From contig OZ316896.1 in assembly GCA_973895155.1 (NCBI GenBank), positions 4,241,595 to 4,305,594 on the forward strand: 64,000 nucleotides of DNA, in the 5' to 3' direction. The stretch comes from Marsupella aquatica. Lineage: Eukaryota; Plantae; Marchantiophyta. Shown piece after piece: positions 51,469 to 64,000 of this stretch (position 1 is the stretch's first letter; the number at the start of each line of letters is the position of its first letter). The position numbers and the translations under genes are program-made. Under the pieces are notes generated by a model that saw nothing but the letters and a program-made list of their open reading frames with translations, had not been told where the DNA came from and did not search any database.

Positions 51469-51538
51469 TATAGGGTAAAATGGAAAATGGTAATTACCCT
51501 TAGTATAGGGTAAAATGGAAAATGGTAATTACCCTTAG
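51469..51538. repeat. perfect 35-bp tandem duplication
   Basis: TATAGGGTAAAATGGAAAATGGTAATTACCCTTAG twice. Confidence 0.95.
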
Positions 51539-51899
51539 TCACCCTAGTTTTTATGTTCAACTTTGAGAGCTGCAATGGAGACTTCATGCACAGTGAGGGA
51601 TGAGCCTAGGTGCAGCTTTGAAGAGATATACTTAGTGGACCTCCAAATGCAACTTTTTCTCTTGATGGACCAAGCACTCCCAATGGACCTCTGGGCCCAC
51701 CAAGGGTGTCATTTCGTGTGAGATGTTCTTCTAACATATTGTGCAGTTCTTATAACGCGAGATTGTCACTGTAAAACGCAGCATGTTCTACTGTTCTTCA
51801 GTGTCGCCAAATGTGGTCAACTACGATCGCAGTTCCGAGTGAATCAACGTATCCCGCAATGTATACATTGACCACAATGCATACAAACATGAACCGCGG

Positions 51900-52340
51900 C
51901 GGGGGGCGTTTTTGTAAAGTCAGAGGGACAAATTTTTTTTCTAAGTGTGAAATTCGAATACAACGTGCAAAGTGTATACATGACAAATTATTTCTCTGTG
52001 TTGTAATACAAAAGGTTTTGATTATTTGGGCAGGATTGGCGGGGGGTGTCTTCGTAAAGTCGGAGGGACAAAGTTTTTTCTAAGTGTGAAATCTAAATAC
52101 AGCGTGCAAAGTGTATACATGACAAATCATATTTCTATGTTGAAATACAATAGGTTTTGTCCATTTGGGCAGGTTTCGGCGGGGGCGTCAAGTTCGTAAA
52201 GTTAGAGGGACAAATATTTTTCTAAGTGTGAAATCTGAATACAACGTGCAAAGTGTATACATGACAAATTATATTTCTGTGTTGTAATACGATAAGTTTT
52301 GTCCATTTGGGAAGGCTTCGGCAAGGGGGTGTCTTCGTCG
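51900..52340. repeat. ~140-bp tandem repeat, ~3 copies, inside the MULE
   Basis: TAAGTGTGAAAT at 51942, 52081 and 52223, each with CGTGCAAAGTGTATACATGACAAAT. Confidence 0.9.
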
Positions 52341-52804
52341 TAAAGACGGGGGAAATGTGAATACAACATGCATATTGTATGCAAAACACACATATATCGT
52401 TCTATGTTGAACAGGTTTTGGTTTTGTCCATTATAGCAACCCTTGTTGCCTGTATGTAAGGTAGGGGAGTCCTGACTTTGTTTAAGTGCAATCTTTGAAT
52501 ACAATGTCCACTATGTATCCAAGGTAAAAATGGTTTGTCCATTTGTAGGTTGCGGAGTCATGAATACCATTTTTGAAGTGTGAATAATGAATACATTGTA
52601 TGGCATGTATACCATCAAATCATGGTTTGTGCATTCTTGTCTACTTTGACCATTTTTGGAACAGATCCCCGAACAGATCATGCTGTACAGTCTTCAAAGA
52701 GAGCAAGAAATGAAACAACATTTCATATTTATTATCACAAACACATTGGTGACAAAATAGGGCTAGATACCCTAAACTATCCGTCAGATATTGCTAATTG
52801 TACC

Positions 52805-55300
52805 CTAATTTTCATCCACGTTACTCATGATTATATAAATTGCCTTGTGGAAAGAGCTAACATCAACTAGGCTACAGTCTTGGTGAATTTGTGATGCGTG
52901 CAAGGAATCCAAAATGTCATCCTCCTGGACAGTGACCTCTTGTGATATAGACCCCGGGATTACAAATTCACTTTGCGCAATGGCCCACAAACTATCAACT
53001 TAGTCCGACGTCTACTTGCATATGGGTCTGGTTGCACATAAGGTGGTTTCTGGTACTCCTGTCAATTCACATATAAAAGCAATCAGCAAACAAACGTATC
53101 TTACCAATGAATCGTAGCCACCAAAATCAATTAAAGGAGGTGTGCTCACCCCTACCGGTGTAGTCACCTCTCTTGATGGGATTGCAGACACATTCGGTGG
53201 AAGGGCAGTACCCTCAATATCGATAACGTTGCCTCCCTCTGGTCCTGGTTGAGCATCGATATCCTCCACTTGTTCAGATGAATCCTGCAATTGTAAGGCA
53301 GAAATAAGTATATTAAAGTCAATCATGTGTTTGGTCCCTATATATTATGGCCAGCGAGTACCAAGGTAAGTAATTATTTGTACTTACCTTGGTTTTGTTT
53401 TTGGTCATCTTTTTTGTTTGGGCAATTTTCTCTTGGGCGGGAGCAAGGTTTTGCTTCCTCTTTGAACGTCTATGTTGACTTGTTTCCGTCTCTGCGGTTG
53501 CCGTTGCCTACTCTCCTTCCTTTGGAACCTGTAATTGCAAAGGTTATTGGATATTTAAATCAAATAAGTATTGTTGCACATAGAATACATTTACCACTAT
53601 GTCTAGTACTGTGGAATGTTTCTCTCGGGCCTACTGAAAAGATGGTTACCTCAGGCGCAGGCTTCTTTGGTTGTACCAATTTCTTGGTTCTTGTTGATGT
53701 CCTCTTAGATTGGTCGAGTTTAGGTCCTTCATTGGATTCAGGAACCTAAAATGCAGTACTCAGGTGCAAGCACATTCAAACATTAAGTATACATGAACAT
53801 CATGGTATGCAACCCCAACATAATGTCATACTCTTGAACTTGTAGTGTTGTAAAAGAGAAAACATTCTCCACACTAATTTACAGATGTTGAGAAGATCTT
53901 TGATCAGTAAATGTTACCTGGTCAGCTTGCTGAGAATCTGCAGGAAGGGTGGTACTGTCGTTCGGTGTGGGCAAATGTGGCTCTGCAGATTTCTTGGTTC
54001 TTTGTTGTTTTCCGCTTTGATTGGTCGGCTTTCGCTCCTTTATTGGGAGGAACCTAAAATGCAATACTCGGGCTAAGAGCACTAAACCATCGTGCATACA
54101 TTGATATCATGGTATACAAATGGGGTACTTACATTGGAAGTGCAAATTTTACCTCATCGGCTTGCTAAGTGTCAACAAGATGCGTAGCAGTCTATGGAGG
54201 CTACTTCTTGGGTTCTTTCCTTTCTTCCCTGATTCGTTGGCTTGAGCTCTATCATTCAAAGGAACCTGAAGTTTGGTAGACATTCTGGTCATGTTTTCAA
54301 ACTCTGCAGATTCAGAAAAAATGATTGGCAAAAGGGGAAGAGGAACTATACCTCTGAACATTGCATCTTTGTCGTCAGAGGAATCATGATACTCTCATCC
54401 CCACTTGTTAGGGTGGGCTCGTACCCCTCCTCATCTGAGGTATCAACCCACACTTTGTGAACTCCAGCCTGCAATATAAAAACTGGTGTAAACATTATGC
54501 TTGAAGTATATACAAAAATGCAAAGGCAAGCAAAATGAATGTGGTACGTACCGCGTCCTATGCTTCTTCTTGTGACATGCCATCACCTTTGTAATCTTGC
54601 ACACAATTTTTACTGGCTATAGAAATTGACAAACGCTTCTACTCCTTCCACTTCACATAGTCTAGATAAGCATTGTCAAAATCAATTTCTTTTGGTCCCA
54701 AGTCTTTCCACAACAAAGTTTCCCTCTTCTTCCTCAAAAACTCCAAGGTGTCTGCAACAACGACTTCTCTACTCTCCTGACCTGTTGAAGGTTGGCCAGA
54801 CTGAGCAACAACATCTCTCTTTGGAAAAAGTACTTGTGATACTTGACAATCGACTTGCTGAGCATGCAATTTTTGATCCACAGGCAACTGTTGCACATGC
54901 TTGTCCTAGTGATAGACAACATTGGTGATAGGAGCAGAGCTCACATGGTCCTCCAACATCTCAAAGAAATTTTTGTCTACCAAGCAGCCCCAACCCTTCT
55001 TCTCCTAGATTCGAATGTGGAACACCTTAATCAGACAAACAAGGATCGATTTGGATGGGATAGATGACTCACTCTTCCCCAAAGTTGAAACACAATAGTC
55101 TTCCTTGAGCTGATTCTTCTTTTGCTGCTTGGTCATCTGCCATCTCAGCTTTGCAATAGACCTCAAACGAATCCATGATGCACCTTCCGTCTTCTTCCCA
55201 CTGGTGTTGCTCAATTTTTGTGGTTTCTTTGCGGGACGAGAGATGGTGAGTTTTGAACTCAACCAAGGCAGGCACTTGTTGATCTCCTTGAATCACTCTG
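52805..55300 (-). pseudogene. decayed ~8-exon cargo gene of the MULE (possibly plant-mobile-domain-like N-terminus, low-complexity tail)
   Basis: GT-AG introns at 54469-54551, 54266-54351, 54054-54152, 53746-53917, 53529-53649, 53285-53387 and 53012-53104. Four successive exons start GTTCC (Val-Pro). Confidence 0.65.
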
Positions 55301-56539
55301 CACTCACTCCAAATTGCCCGACAGGCAGTCCCGATTCATTTCACAGTCTCCCTTCACCAACCCGACAGGCCTTGGATCCGTCTACGAGCTGCCTGGTCTC
55401 CAATAGTCAAATCCCTAAAACAATCCTCCTCTCTCGATCACCATTCCTATTGGCCTCCACCTAAAATCCTAAAACCCTCGCCAAAGAGAAGGCATACATG
55501 CGCAAATGATCGTGCCCTCATCCCTAACGATGAACTAGCAAAGCAGATGCAACCTAGAATTGTGACGTGTCATTGCATCATGTTTAGAGTGAATACATTG
55601 ACCATGTTGTATTCTTCCGATTGTTCTAGATTGTGGCTATTGTAGTTTTGAATACAATAGTCATATTGTATTCACAAAAACTAGGAAGCCATGGTGCTAC
55701 GACGCTCAATTTGCGGCCAGGGCTACGATGCTTGTGGACTGCAACGTTATTGATGGCCTACTACACATGACCAACCACGGTGTCCACATGGTACGTAGTG
55801 GACCTGAACTGTGTGGTAAGGTGTTTCAGAAGAACATGCTTGTACGGAGTGGGCCTAGAAGTCCATTGGGAGAGAATCTAAACGTTGAGGTCCACTGGGA
55901 AGGCGTGTGCAACTTTTGGTCCATTAAGAGAAAAAGTTGCATTTGGAGGTCCACTAAGTATATATTTCAGCTTTGATGTGCAATTCCTAAATAAGTTCTC
56001 GGGAAATTTATGTATACAATGAGCCTTCATGCACAGTGAGCAATGGGCGGCCAGGACATCTCTCACTGGAAGGGGAGCTTTTTTGCCTATGGTAGAGTCG
56101 ATGGTGATACCTCATATCACACAGAAGCTCCTTAATGTAATATGCTCTCAGCCAAAAGTATATCCTAAGGAGCCCTCATAAACCCAACCTGAATTTTTGT
56201 GAATCAACAGCTATCACGGTAGTTTTCACCATTTCCCATTTCTGGGAGTATCTTACTACAAATTTATGAGTTTCACTTTCTACATTTACATATAACTCTA
56301 AAGGACCCATCCGTGAAGATCATCAAGTTTTGAGTGCATCTTTACAGAATGAAACAATTAACCATGAAAAGTTTAGAGAATATTCGTCCATCTAAAAAGA
56401 TACTTCAAATATTGAAACTTTGAGTCTGATACTATATTTTTTTCTCATAGGAGGAAAAAACACATATTATCCAGCAGTTGGCAAGCAAAATTTAGTCCCT
56501 TGTTAGCCAAGACTTGTTTTCAGATTTGGATTTGTTATC

Positions 56540-56704
56540 CCTTGGCCCTTTTTTTAAGGTGACCTTGTGATCGGTTGGGGTGATTTTTGGCGTTGAGTCA
56601 CTGTTTTGGGCGCGTGTGGCCCTGCATTTTGTTTGTTTTTTGCACCGGTGGTCTTCGCTGCGGTGGCTTCTCTAATAAATGCAAAATTTCTTTAATAAAA
56701 AAAA
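56540..56704 (+). mobile_element. short non-LTR 3' tail
   Basis: GT/CpG-rich segment ending AATAAA..AATAAAAAAAA; no TSD found. Confidence 0.35.
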
Positions 56705-59479
56705 GAACATGCGTATGACAACAGTTTAGTTTTTAGGGGTTGTCTCTTCAAGAAAAAATTAAAAATAAAGACCTGGTTTCAGATACACTAATTTTTGAGG
56801 TATTGTTTAGGAAACCCAAAGTTTGAGTCCTTTTTCTGCTAGCAAATTCTCTGACCTTCCCAAGTCCTACTACAAATGCAGTAGTATCAAACATCTCCGG
56901 GTAGTGACCTAGCTGACAAAGAGGTACCCCGAGAGACTCCATACATTCATACTGAAATTGGAACCGTTGTGGCTTGACAGCAATCAGATTTTCCTCGCTT
57001 GCAATACCCTTCCTCGCTAGCAAATATTTGGGTTTGCTCTCATCTTACAAACCCCTCTTGACTTGGTGCGCAAGGAAAGATCCATCCATCGCACACATAC
57101 ACGGAGATAAACACACAAAAGAGACAGGGACATACATAGAGAGTGGATCTCAGTTTTCACTTGATCAGAAAATTTTAAGCGGCAGTTTGCCTGATATAAA
57201 CCTTTCAGGCTATAGTGTCTATACTTTAATCTCATTCTCATTTCCCAGACCCGGAATATATTTCTAGGCCACTGTTTGCGTAAAGTCACTTTTGCGCCGG
57301 GTGCTATGTTTTTCATTTCATTGTTTTTTGCCATTGTCTATGGTATCATACAAGTGATAAGTGGGTACCTTAGTAAAATGATGTACCAGGTGGGTGTCAT
57401 TTTTATTTTCCCTATTACGAGGTTTCTCAATCATGCTATGGTATCTTATTCAAAAAAATTAAAATAATAATTTATAATAAATGGATGGATTTGACTTTAT
57501 TATGAATAAATACAGGTGCAATAAATCTTGGAGAATGTGAGCAAGACTCGGAGATGCAGACCAGGGGGTGTGGGCCACGAAAATATTAATTAAATATAAT
57601 GACAGGTCCACAAAGGACAGAGTCCACATCTAGTGAAGTGGTGGGTACCTTACATTGGGACTTGCAAGTTCGGAGCTCGAAGCCTGTCCCTAGCTCTTGT
57701 CCCTAACATGATATGGAAAATTATGGGCGGCAGAGAAGACAAAGAAATGAAGAAAAACAATAGTGAGACAAAATTAAACATTCAAAATTGGAATAATAGA
57801 TAAGGTATATTGGGGTTTCAAATAAATTTACAATTGATGGATAACAAAGAAAACAGCCCTCATAGGCTACAATTGAAATTGAAATAATTACCAAATAAAC
57901 TAAACTTGGTAGACGGAATTAGAGGTACGCCTTATGGCCGCATCAAAAAAATTAATCCCTTTGCCGCCTGTTTCAATAAGCATATGGACCCACACAAATT
58001 TTCAAGCTCTAGTGTTTGGTATTTAATTTTGTTCTCATTTTCCAGACCTATCACTGTGCTTTAATTGAATTCCCATTTCCCATACTCGTGAGTATTTCTA
58101 GGCCACCATTGTTGGGAGAGGTACACTTTGCGCTGGGGGCCTTGTTATTATTTTTTGCAATTACGATTACAGTGTCATACATAGTGGTACGTCTATACCA
58201 CAGTCAATGAAGTACCAGGTGGGGATTAGAATAATTACTGACTGATTAATGATGAGTAGTTAGTCGTAGAAATACGTATTCAGCAGAGTGATCGGCGGCA
58301 CTAAGTGAGTGCGGTCATGTCATCATGTGGGGTTACGATTACGGATGTTTAATTATTATTACTCTCATTGGATGATTAGTCACGTCGGGAACCCAATGGA
58401 ATCACGGAAGACTGCGGTCAAATTTGAAAGTTCGTTAAGTGACGTACTTATTTTGAGACCCAAGCAGAAAATAATCTCGCTTCTTTATGGTTTATGATTG
58501 GATGTTGAACTTTAATTGATTTCAAAAGTCGGCCAGTCTGAACCGGTCAAACTTGTTAATCTGGTCCAAATTCAATTTTAATTATCGGACGGGATATCAT
58601 TTTGTGTATGCGTTTACTTAGCCAGATTAGACCAATTCAAGGTGACACATAATCTGTTTATGTAAAAGTGATTACTTCGCATTTATCCACGAGTCCCCCA
58701 GTCCCTAACTTTTAAGGTGGAAGTGGTTCAGCAGGCCCTAAAAGTTAAGGGTGCCAAAAATGTAACCCAATGTCTATAGTACAGATTAATTGGCTTGGAT
58801 CCCGTGACAAAATATTGGAGTATTTATTTAGGTTCTGACAAACTTGGGCCAGAGCAGGCCATAGCATAGGGGACTGGGACAGGCACTGTAGGGGACCTAG
58901 GAAATGGGGGAGCTTTAACTCCGCGTAGATTTAACCAGCGATTATGATAAATGAACTGCATCTTGGATAAGTGAAGGTCAACACTGTGGTTCCCTAATGT
59001 TAAAATAATTTTCTTTATAAATGCAACAAAAAATGCATTTTGCATAAAGGCAGGACAACCTCACTACATGACAAATACATAAGTATTTCTGTTTATGAGT
59101 GTACATATGCATATTTATCTCACTGCAATATATAAGATGCACTGATTGATAATAGCAACAAACAACTACACAAAGTAAGCATGCATTTCTCCAGTTGAAA
59201 TGTGGATTATGAGGGCTCCGGGAGTAAGGAGTCCAATGTGTGTAACCTGACAACACAGCGGTGAACTCATAAGTGATTTCGATTAGATAGTGCAGACCAT
59301 GCACATATGGAGAAGTGCATAAATATATCCCGTGCACTCATGGGATAGTACACTCCATGGATAAGTGCTGGCTGGTGGTGCATTCCCAGGAGCCTGCACT
59401 TAAATAAGGTTCACTATAGTCCCAAAAAATGCACCCATCAAACACTCACTGACAGCAGGAACAGGATAGGGTCCTGAGC

Positions 59480-60250
59480 ATAAGGGAAGTGACTGAGTTG
59501 TGTCCAGAAATGTTCAACATTGTATTGGTGCAAAGGTTGGCTTCCCATTTTATATCGGTCATTTTAATGAGAGTAGACTAATCCAAGTTGACATGTCATT
59601 GGTCTATTTACAAAACTTGGATAGCATTATTTTGACAAGCAACTTGGATAACCCATTGCAACTGAGATGTACCATCTTTGAACAATATTTTGAGAGGCAT
59701 ATGCTTGATGGACCCCCTTTGTGGAACATCACAACAAAGGTTTACACCTAGGGCTTCCATCAAACAGGTACCTCTTATCTTGAATTTTTTTTGTTCAATT
59801 AGTTGAGTAAATAGTCACACTTTTGCCTCAAGCTCTAAAGGTCATTCCAAGTTGTTGTGTTACACATTGTGATCCAGCTTACCATCTTTTTCAAACAAAT
59901 TATGAATATAAACTCAATCAGCTGCCCTGCAAAGAAAAACTGCAGAGCACAGAGACTTAAGACTGCGCAATATACTAATGTAGTTCATGAAATCCATCAT
60001 AAATTTCATCAGAAGTCTAGTCAGGAGTAAGCTCTCAAAAGATCTCCATCCAGACCTTTGTGCATCAGGTTAACATGAGGACTGTTAAGCACAAATGTAG
60101 AGGTAGATTAATTCTACTATCATCAAAATTTGTGCATGTGGAACAAGAGATGGTTGTTAAAAAAGGGAGGCAGATTGAACACTCCAGCCAGAGCTGCCTG
60201 CTGTTGCCTATCTCGGGGAGATGGCGTGTCAGTATATTCATGGCCATATA
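59480..60250 (-). pseudogene. highly decayed hAT (ZNF862-like) transposase remnant
   Basis: Ordered weak motifs FLTTISCSTCTNFDD, GSQCVTQQLGMTF (cf. GxHCxAHRxNL) and LCCDVPQRGS (cf. xVxTRW). Confidence 0.3.
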
Positions 60251-60714
60251 CCATGTGTGATAGTTTGTTTTATTTATGCCCCCTTAGTAACTTTAGGTAA
60301 GTCATAACAACCATACCATGACATGTATGCATTTTTTTAATTAAAACCATACATCATCAACATCCTAATAAATTTAGTTCAAAATGATTTAGATTACCCT
60401 ATACTTCGTCGCATGTCATGTGTCACTTCCACGAAAGCAACCCCTCCATCTTCTATGCCTGCTTCTATGCCTCTTCTAGCTTCAATTCTCTCATGAATTG
60501 CTGGAGTTTGTAGGCATGTCAAGCAAATCATAAGGGAAATTTTGTCCATTGTCTTCTCCTTCTCTTGATGGACAGAACTCATCTTCTTTTGAGCATGCGC
60601 TATCAATTTCAAATCTTCCTATTGGACTGAACCCTCTTTGCTAGGTTGTCTCTGCTGAGCAATCATATATGTAGTAGTCTTTGCCCTCCCCTAGACCAAA
60701 GTCAAGGGGGAGAT

Positions 60715-61060
60715 TGGTAGGATTTACTCTTAGGTCTAGAGTACATGATTGTACCAGAGTTAGGGCTAACCTTAGTCGCAGACTAGGTTAGGTTAGTCAT
60801 GTTGTGCACACACTATACCCAAGTGGTGTTTTCTTGGAGAGTCTTAACTCATAATCATTGTTACAGAGCCAGTTGAGAGATAGGGAGAGTTTGTGTTATG
60901 GATGCTTGGTATGGCCAGTCGGCCTAGAGTGCAGCAAAGTTTTTGTGTGTTCCCGTGGATGTAGCCTTATGTGGAGGTGAACCACGTATCTCTCTGTGTT
61001 GACACTTGTGCATTGGATGGTTCATGGGCTTCTCATTGTGATTGTCGTCTATGTTCAACA
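60715..61060 (+). repeat. LTR related to the 14379 copia LTR, preceded by a PPT
   Basis: AGTCAAGGGGGAGAT then TG..TCAACA (346 bp). The 3' two-thirds closely match the copia LTR (GTTGAGAGATAGGGAGAG, GGAGGTGAACCACGTATCTCT). Confidence 0.85.
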
Positions 61061-61305
61061 CACATCCTTGAAGATCACAAAAGGACGTTTGAAGATCACA
61101 TTGATGGTTTGAACGACTTGGTTGTTGACTTGAAGAATCTGGGGGAGAATTTGAGTGATGAGAGACACATTTTTCACTTGCTTAGCTCTTTGCCATCTTT
61201 GCTTCATACACCGTCACAAATGCTGCTTCATCATGATAGAAAGATGATCACTTACAACCAGACAATAAGTGCTTTGTTGATTGATGCCTTACAACAAAAG
61301 TTAAC

Positions 61306-63683
61306 TGTCACTTGCCTATCCAATGATTAATACGTGCACACCGTACTTTTCTTTGCTTAAACCGTTGGTATCATATTACGGGGTCGTGGAGGGACGCTAT
61401 TTGGAGGATTTCCACACCTAAGGATGAGTATGTTTGATTCCGCTCCTGGAAGTGTACTTTTTGATCAAGTCTACCGACTGGTCTCTCCATTTTTGATCAA
61501 GTCCAAGGGACTGGCCCTACCATCTACAACTCATGCCCCCCCGGGTGAGTGCTCTCACCACCCCCCCTCTCATTGGGCAAGCACACAAACGTTTACAATA
61601 AGATTTGAACACTAGTGACACGGGCAAATGTTTCCACAATGAAACCGACCACATGCACTAGGGGAGGAAAACAAACAACACAAGTAACAACAAGTGACAC
61701 ACAAAATATTGGAACCTCAAGCCAAATCCATATCTCTTGGTGTTTCCCGTAACACATGCAAGGAAACCCCGGCCTCCTATCGTCTACCCAACTCCTGCCT
61801 CCCGGGGACAAGTGCTATGTTCTCCACCTCACTACTCTGGCTTGAACTTCTCCTAATCGATGCGCTACTCACAAAAGCTACTCAAAATCATCAGGGCACT
61901 ATGTTGAGTTCCCCCCTCACTACTCCGGGGCTCTTCCCCCTAAATACTGGAAACCAACACACCAAAGCACCCCTCACGGGGTCACAAAGATGGCGGCTAC
62001 CCTAGTGGCGCCGCTAAAACCATTCACGAGAAATCCCTAACCTAAAACATGCGGCACACACATGATCCTAAAGCCCTAATCTAACTATGGGACCGACGAT
62101 GCCTTCGACAACGACACAATCTCGCTCCGTGAACCGCAAAAATGCAAGGGACCCCATAATTGCCGAAACTAGGTGACACTTTGAGTGCACCTCTGAGCTC
62201 ACCCCTGGGTAGCCCTGCTCCTCCTGATCATGAATCACCAAACCGCTCCCGAAATGGATGTCACCTATGAATCACCAAACCACTCCACTAAACAAGGACT
62301 CACTTGAGTCCACCACCTCCTATCCTATCTATCTACCCTGCCTATCAGTCTCAATCCTCCTGATCGCCACCACCGGTCCGTTGTAAAAGGAGGGGGCCCC
62401 TATAATTGTTGAAACTAAAATTTTCTCAGAATTCACTTCTGAAAACATATTTGAGGAGCTCTCCTCTTCCTGATCACGTCTCTATAAACGGTGCACAAAA
62501 CGGAGGCCAAACGACCAAGATATGATCGTTTAACTTTTCATGGGGCATCGTCTCCCTCCGTTTCGTCCGTACAACACCAGGGGGCCCCGGCTTTGCAAAA
62601 CACGGATCACGAGTTCTCCCTATGTGGTGCTACCTCCTCCTTCCCTTGCAAAGCCGGGACCTCCTGCCGTATGGATGTCCATACGGCCTCAAAACCCTGG
62701 TATTCTCAAAAAATGCGATTTGTTGTATCTTCCCCGTCTTAGCTCCGTTTTGGCCGTGTGACACATCGTTGGATTTAGCTCGAGCTCTTTCCAACAAGCC
62801 TGTAGACTCCTGATTTGAGATGGTCGAAAATCTGATGTTCGTACAACCAAGGTCCGTACACACGTTGAAAGCAAGCACAAGAGGGAAAGGGTTTAGGGTT
62901 TAGGGTTTAGGTATGGGTGGAAACCCCACAAGTGAGAATAGAGAAAAAGGGAAGGAAGAAAGTGTGAGGGCCCCTTCTACCGATGTAATCTTCTATGAAG
63001 TGCCCCTTCTACGGTGTGGTTCTTGTATGGAGTGCCCCTCTACGGAGTGGGGAAGGGAAAGAGAGCAAAAACCATGTGAGGACCACACAAAGAGTGAAGG
63101 GGAACACAAGTGTGGGAACCCCTTCCTTCTAAGGGCCCTCCAAGATCACTACTCCAAGATCACTACTCCAAGATTGTCTAGTTTGTTATTTTACGGGCGT
63201 TAAGGTCCCTCAAGATGTCACTGTTTGATATAGACCTAGAATCAACTAGAGAACCTCAGTTTCGCATGGGGCTCATTGAGGGCTTGAAAATGAATCCAAA
63301 CATGACTATGTTTGGAATAGTACTAGCGCAGCAACATCTATTTTAAGTTTTAACATTTTCTATATTTTGGTTATTCTTCCCGTTTTGCGCCTTACGTGGA
63401 GCCTCCGATCAGCCCCCACCCCTCCAAGATGCCCACACCTTGGCTCCAAGTCCTTGGGCTGCCTTGTGGCCTCCTTGTACCCCCTCAATGGTTCCCTTGT
63501 CATCCATCACCGCCCGGCACTGCTCTCAACTCCGGCCTCCGGTTGTCGCATCCATTTATTAGAACTAACAAAAATAAAAAATTTGAAAATCCAAACACTT
63601 TTACTACATCTACTTGTCTTTCTACTTATATACGCAATTATAAGTCATCACTAAGTTACTACCGGGTTTGGGGCCCTGTCACA
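61306..63683 (-). mobile_element. 2378-bp solo LTR, probably Ty3/gypsy
   Basis: TGTCAC..GTCACA ends, perfect TTAAC TSD (61301-61305 and 63684-63688), no coding domains. Orientation is inferred. Confidence 0.85.
62888..62911 (+). repeat. interstitial plant telomere-type repeat (TTTAGGG ~3x) within the LTR
   Basis: AGGGTTTAGGGTTTAGGGTTTAGG. Confidence 0.9.
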
Positions 63684-64000
63684 TTAACCATGCCCTTTTA
63701 GCCATTGTTGTCATCTAGTGTTGCATTCAATGTGAACCATGGGAGGTCACAATAGCACACAAATGAGAAGATTTGCTTGCAGTAGAAGTTCTAGGAGAGG
63801 AACTAGTGGTATGCTTGAAGTGTGGCAAGACTGGTCACGTGGATTGCAAGGGTGAGGCAATTGAATCTTCATCAATCCAATAATACAGTAGACACACTCT
63901 CTTTCTACTTCAGGTTTTATCCCTTTTGCTTACAAGGTTTTAGATAATGTATCTAAAATATGGTAAGTTATTTCTTTGATACCATATGCCATTACGTCTT

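Larger units (their letters stand above)
51622..55967. mobile_element. non-autonomous MULE with TIRs and 9-bp TSD
   Basis: TSD CAGCTTTGA at 51613-51621 and 55968-55976. TIR core ATATACTTAGTGGACCTCCAAATGCAACTTTTTCTCTT.ATGGACCAA is inverted at both ends. No transposase motifs seen. Confidence 0.92.
61061..63860 (+). pseudogene. copia gag fragment split by a solo LTR (61061-61305 and 63689-63860)
   Basis: FEDHIDGLNDLVVDLKNL..LLSSLP..ITYNQTISALL..QQKL aligns with the gag at 16567. After the insert it continues SSSVAFNVNHGR..CLKCGKTGH. Confidence 0.75.

Noticed and set aside
51582-56040. 16-bp direct repeat CTTCATGCACAGTGAG as the MULE TSD
   Set aside because: It does not abut the TIRs, whereas CAGCTTTGA does. 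It is better explained as an older local duplication in the target site.
62888-62911. Chromosome end or healed break
   Set aside because: Only ~3 units, embedded within a TSD-flanked solo LTR.

Overview
Repeat-rich eukaryotic nuclear DNA, most likely from a land plant (inferred from TTTAGGG repeats, plant-type Ty1/copia, MULE and L1 remnants, GT-AG introns and CpG depletion; the species cannot be determined). Most of the window is nested, decaying transposons. These include a full-length copia element (14379-21031, TSD AGTAT) that splits a gene ending in an RNase H1 N-terminal/Cauli_VI domain, a MULE transposase pseudogene, a transposase-less MULE (51622-55967, 9-bp TSD) carrying an eight-exon cargo gene, a CRE-like non-LTR fragment, solo LTRs, a MITE and a ~7-kb block of three decayed orphan ORFs. 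The standout is a ~2.9-kb Crypton-like element (41746-44631). It encodes a DUF3504-type tyrosine recombinase with an intron, has a 99-bp subterminal hairpin and TTGTA terminal direct repeats, and has no reverse transcriptase or TIRs. No conserved host gene was recognised, only CpG-retaining islands and one tentative four-exon model. All alignments and counts were done by eye; no database searches were run.
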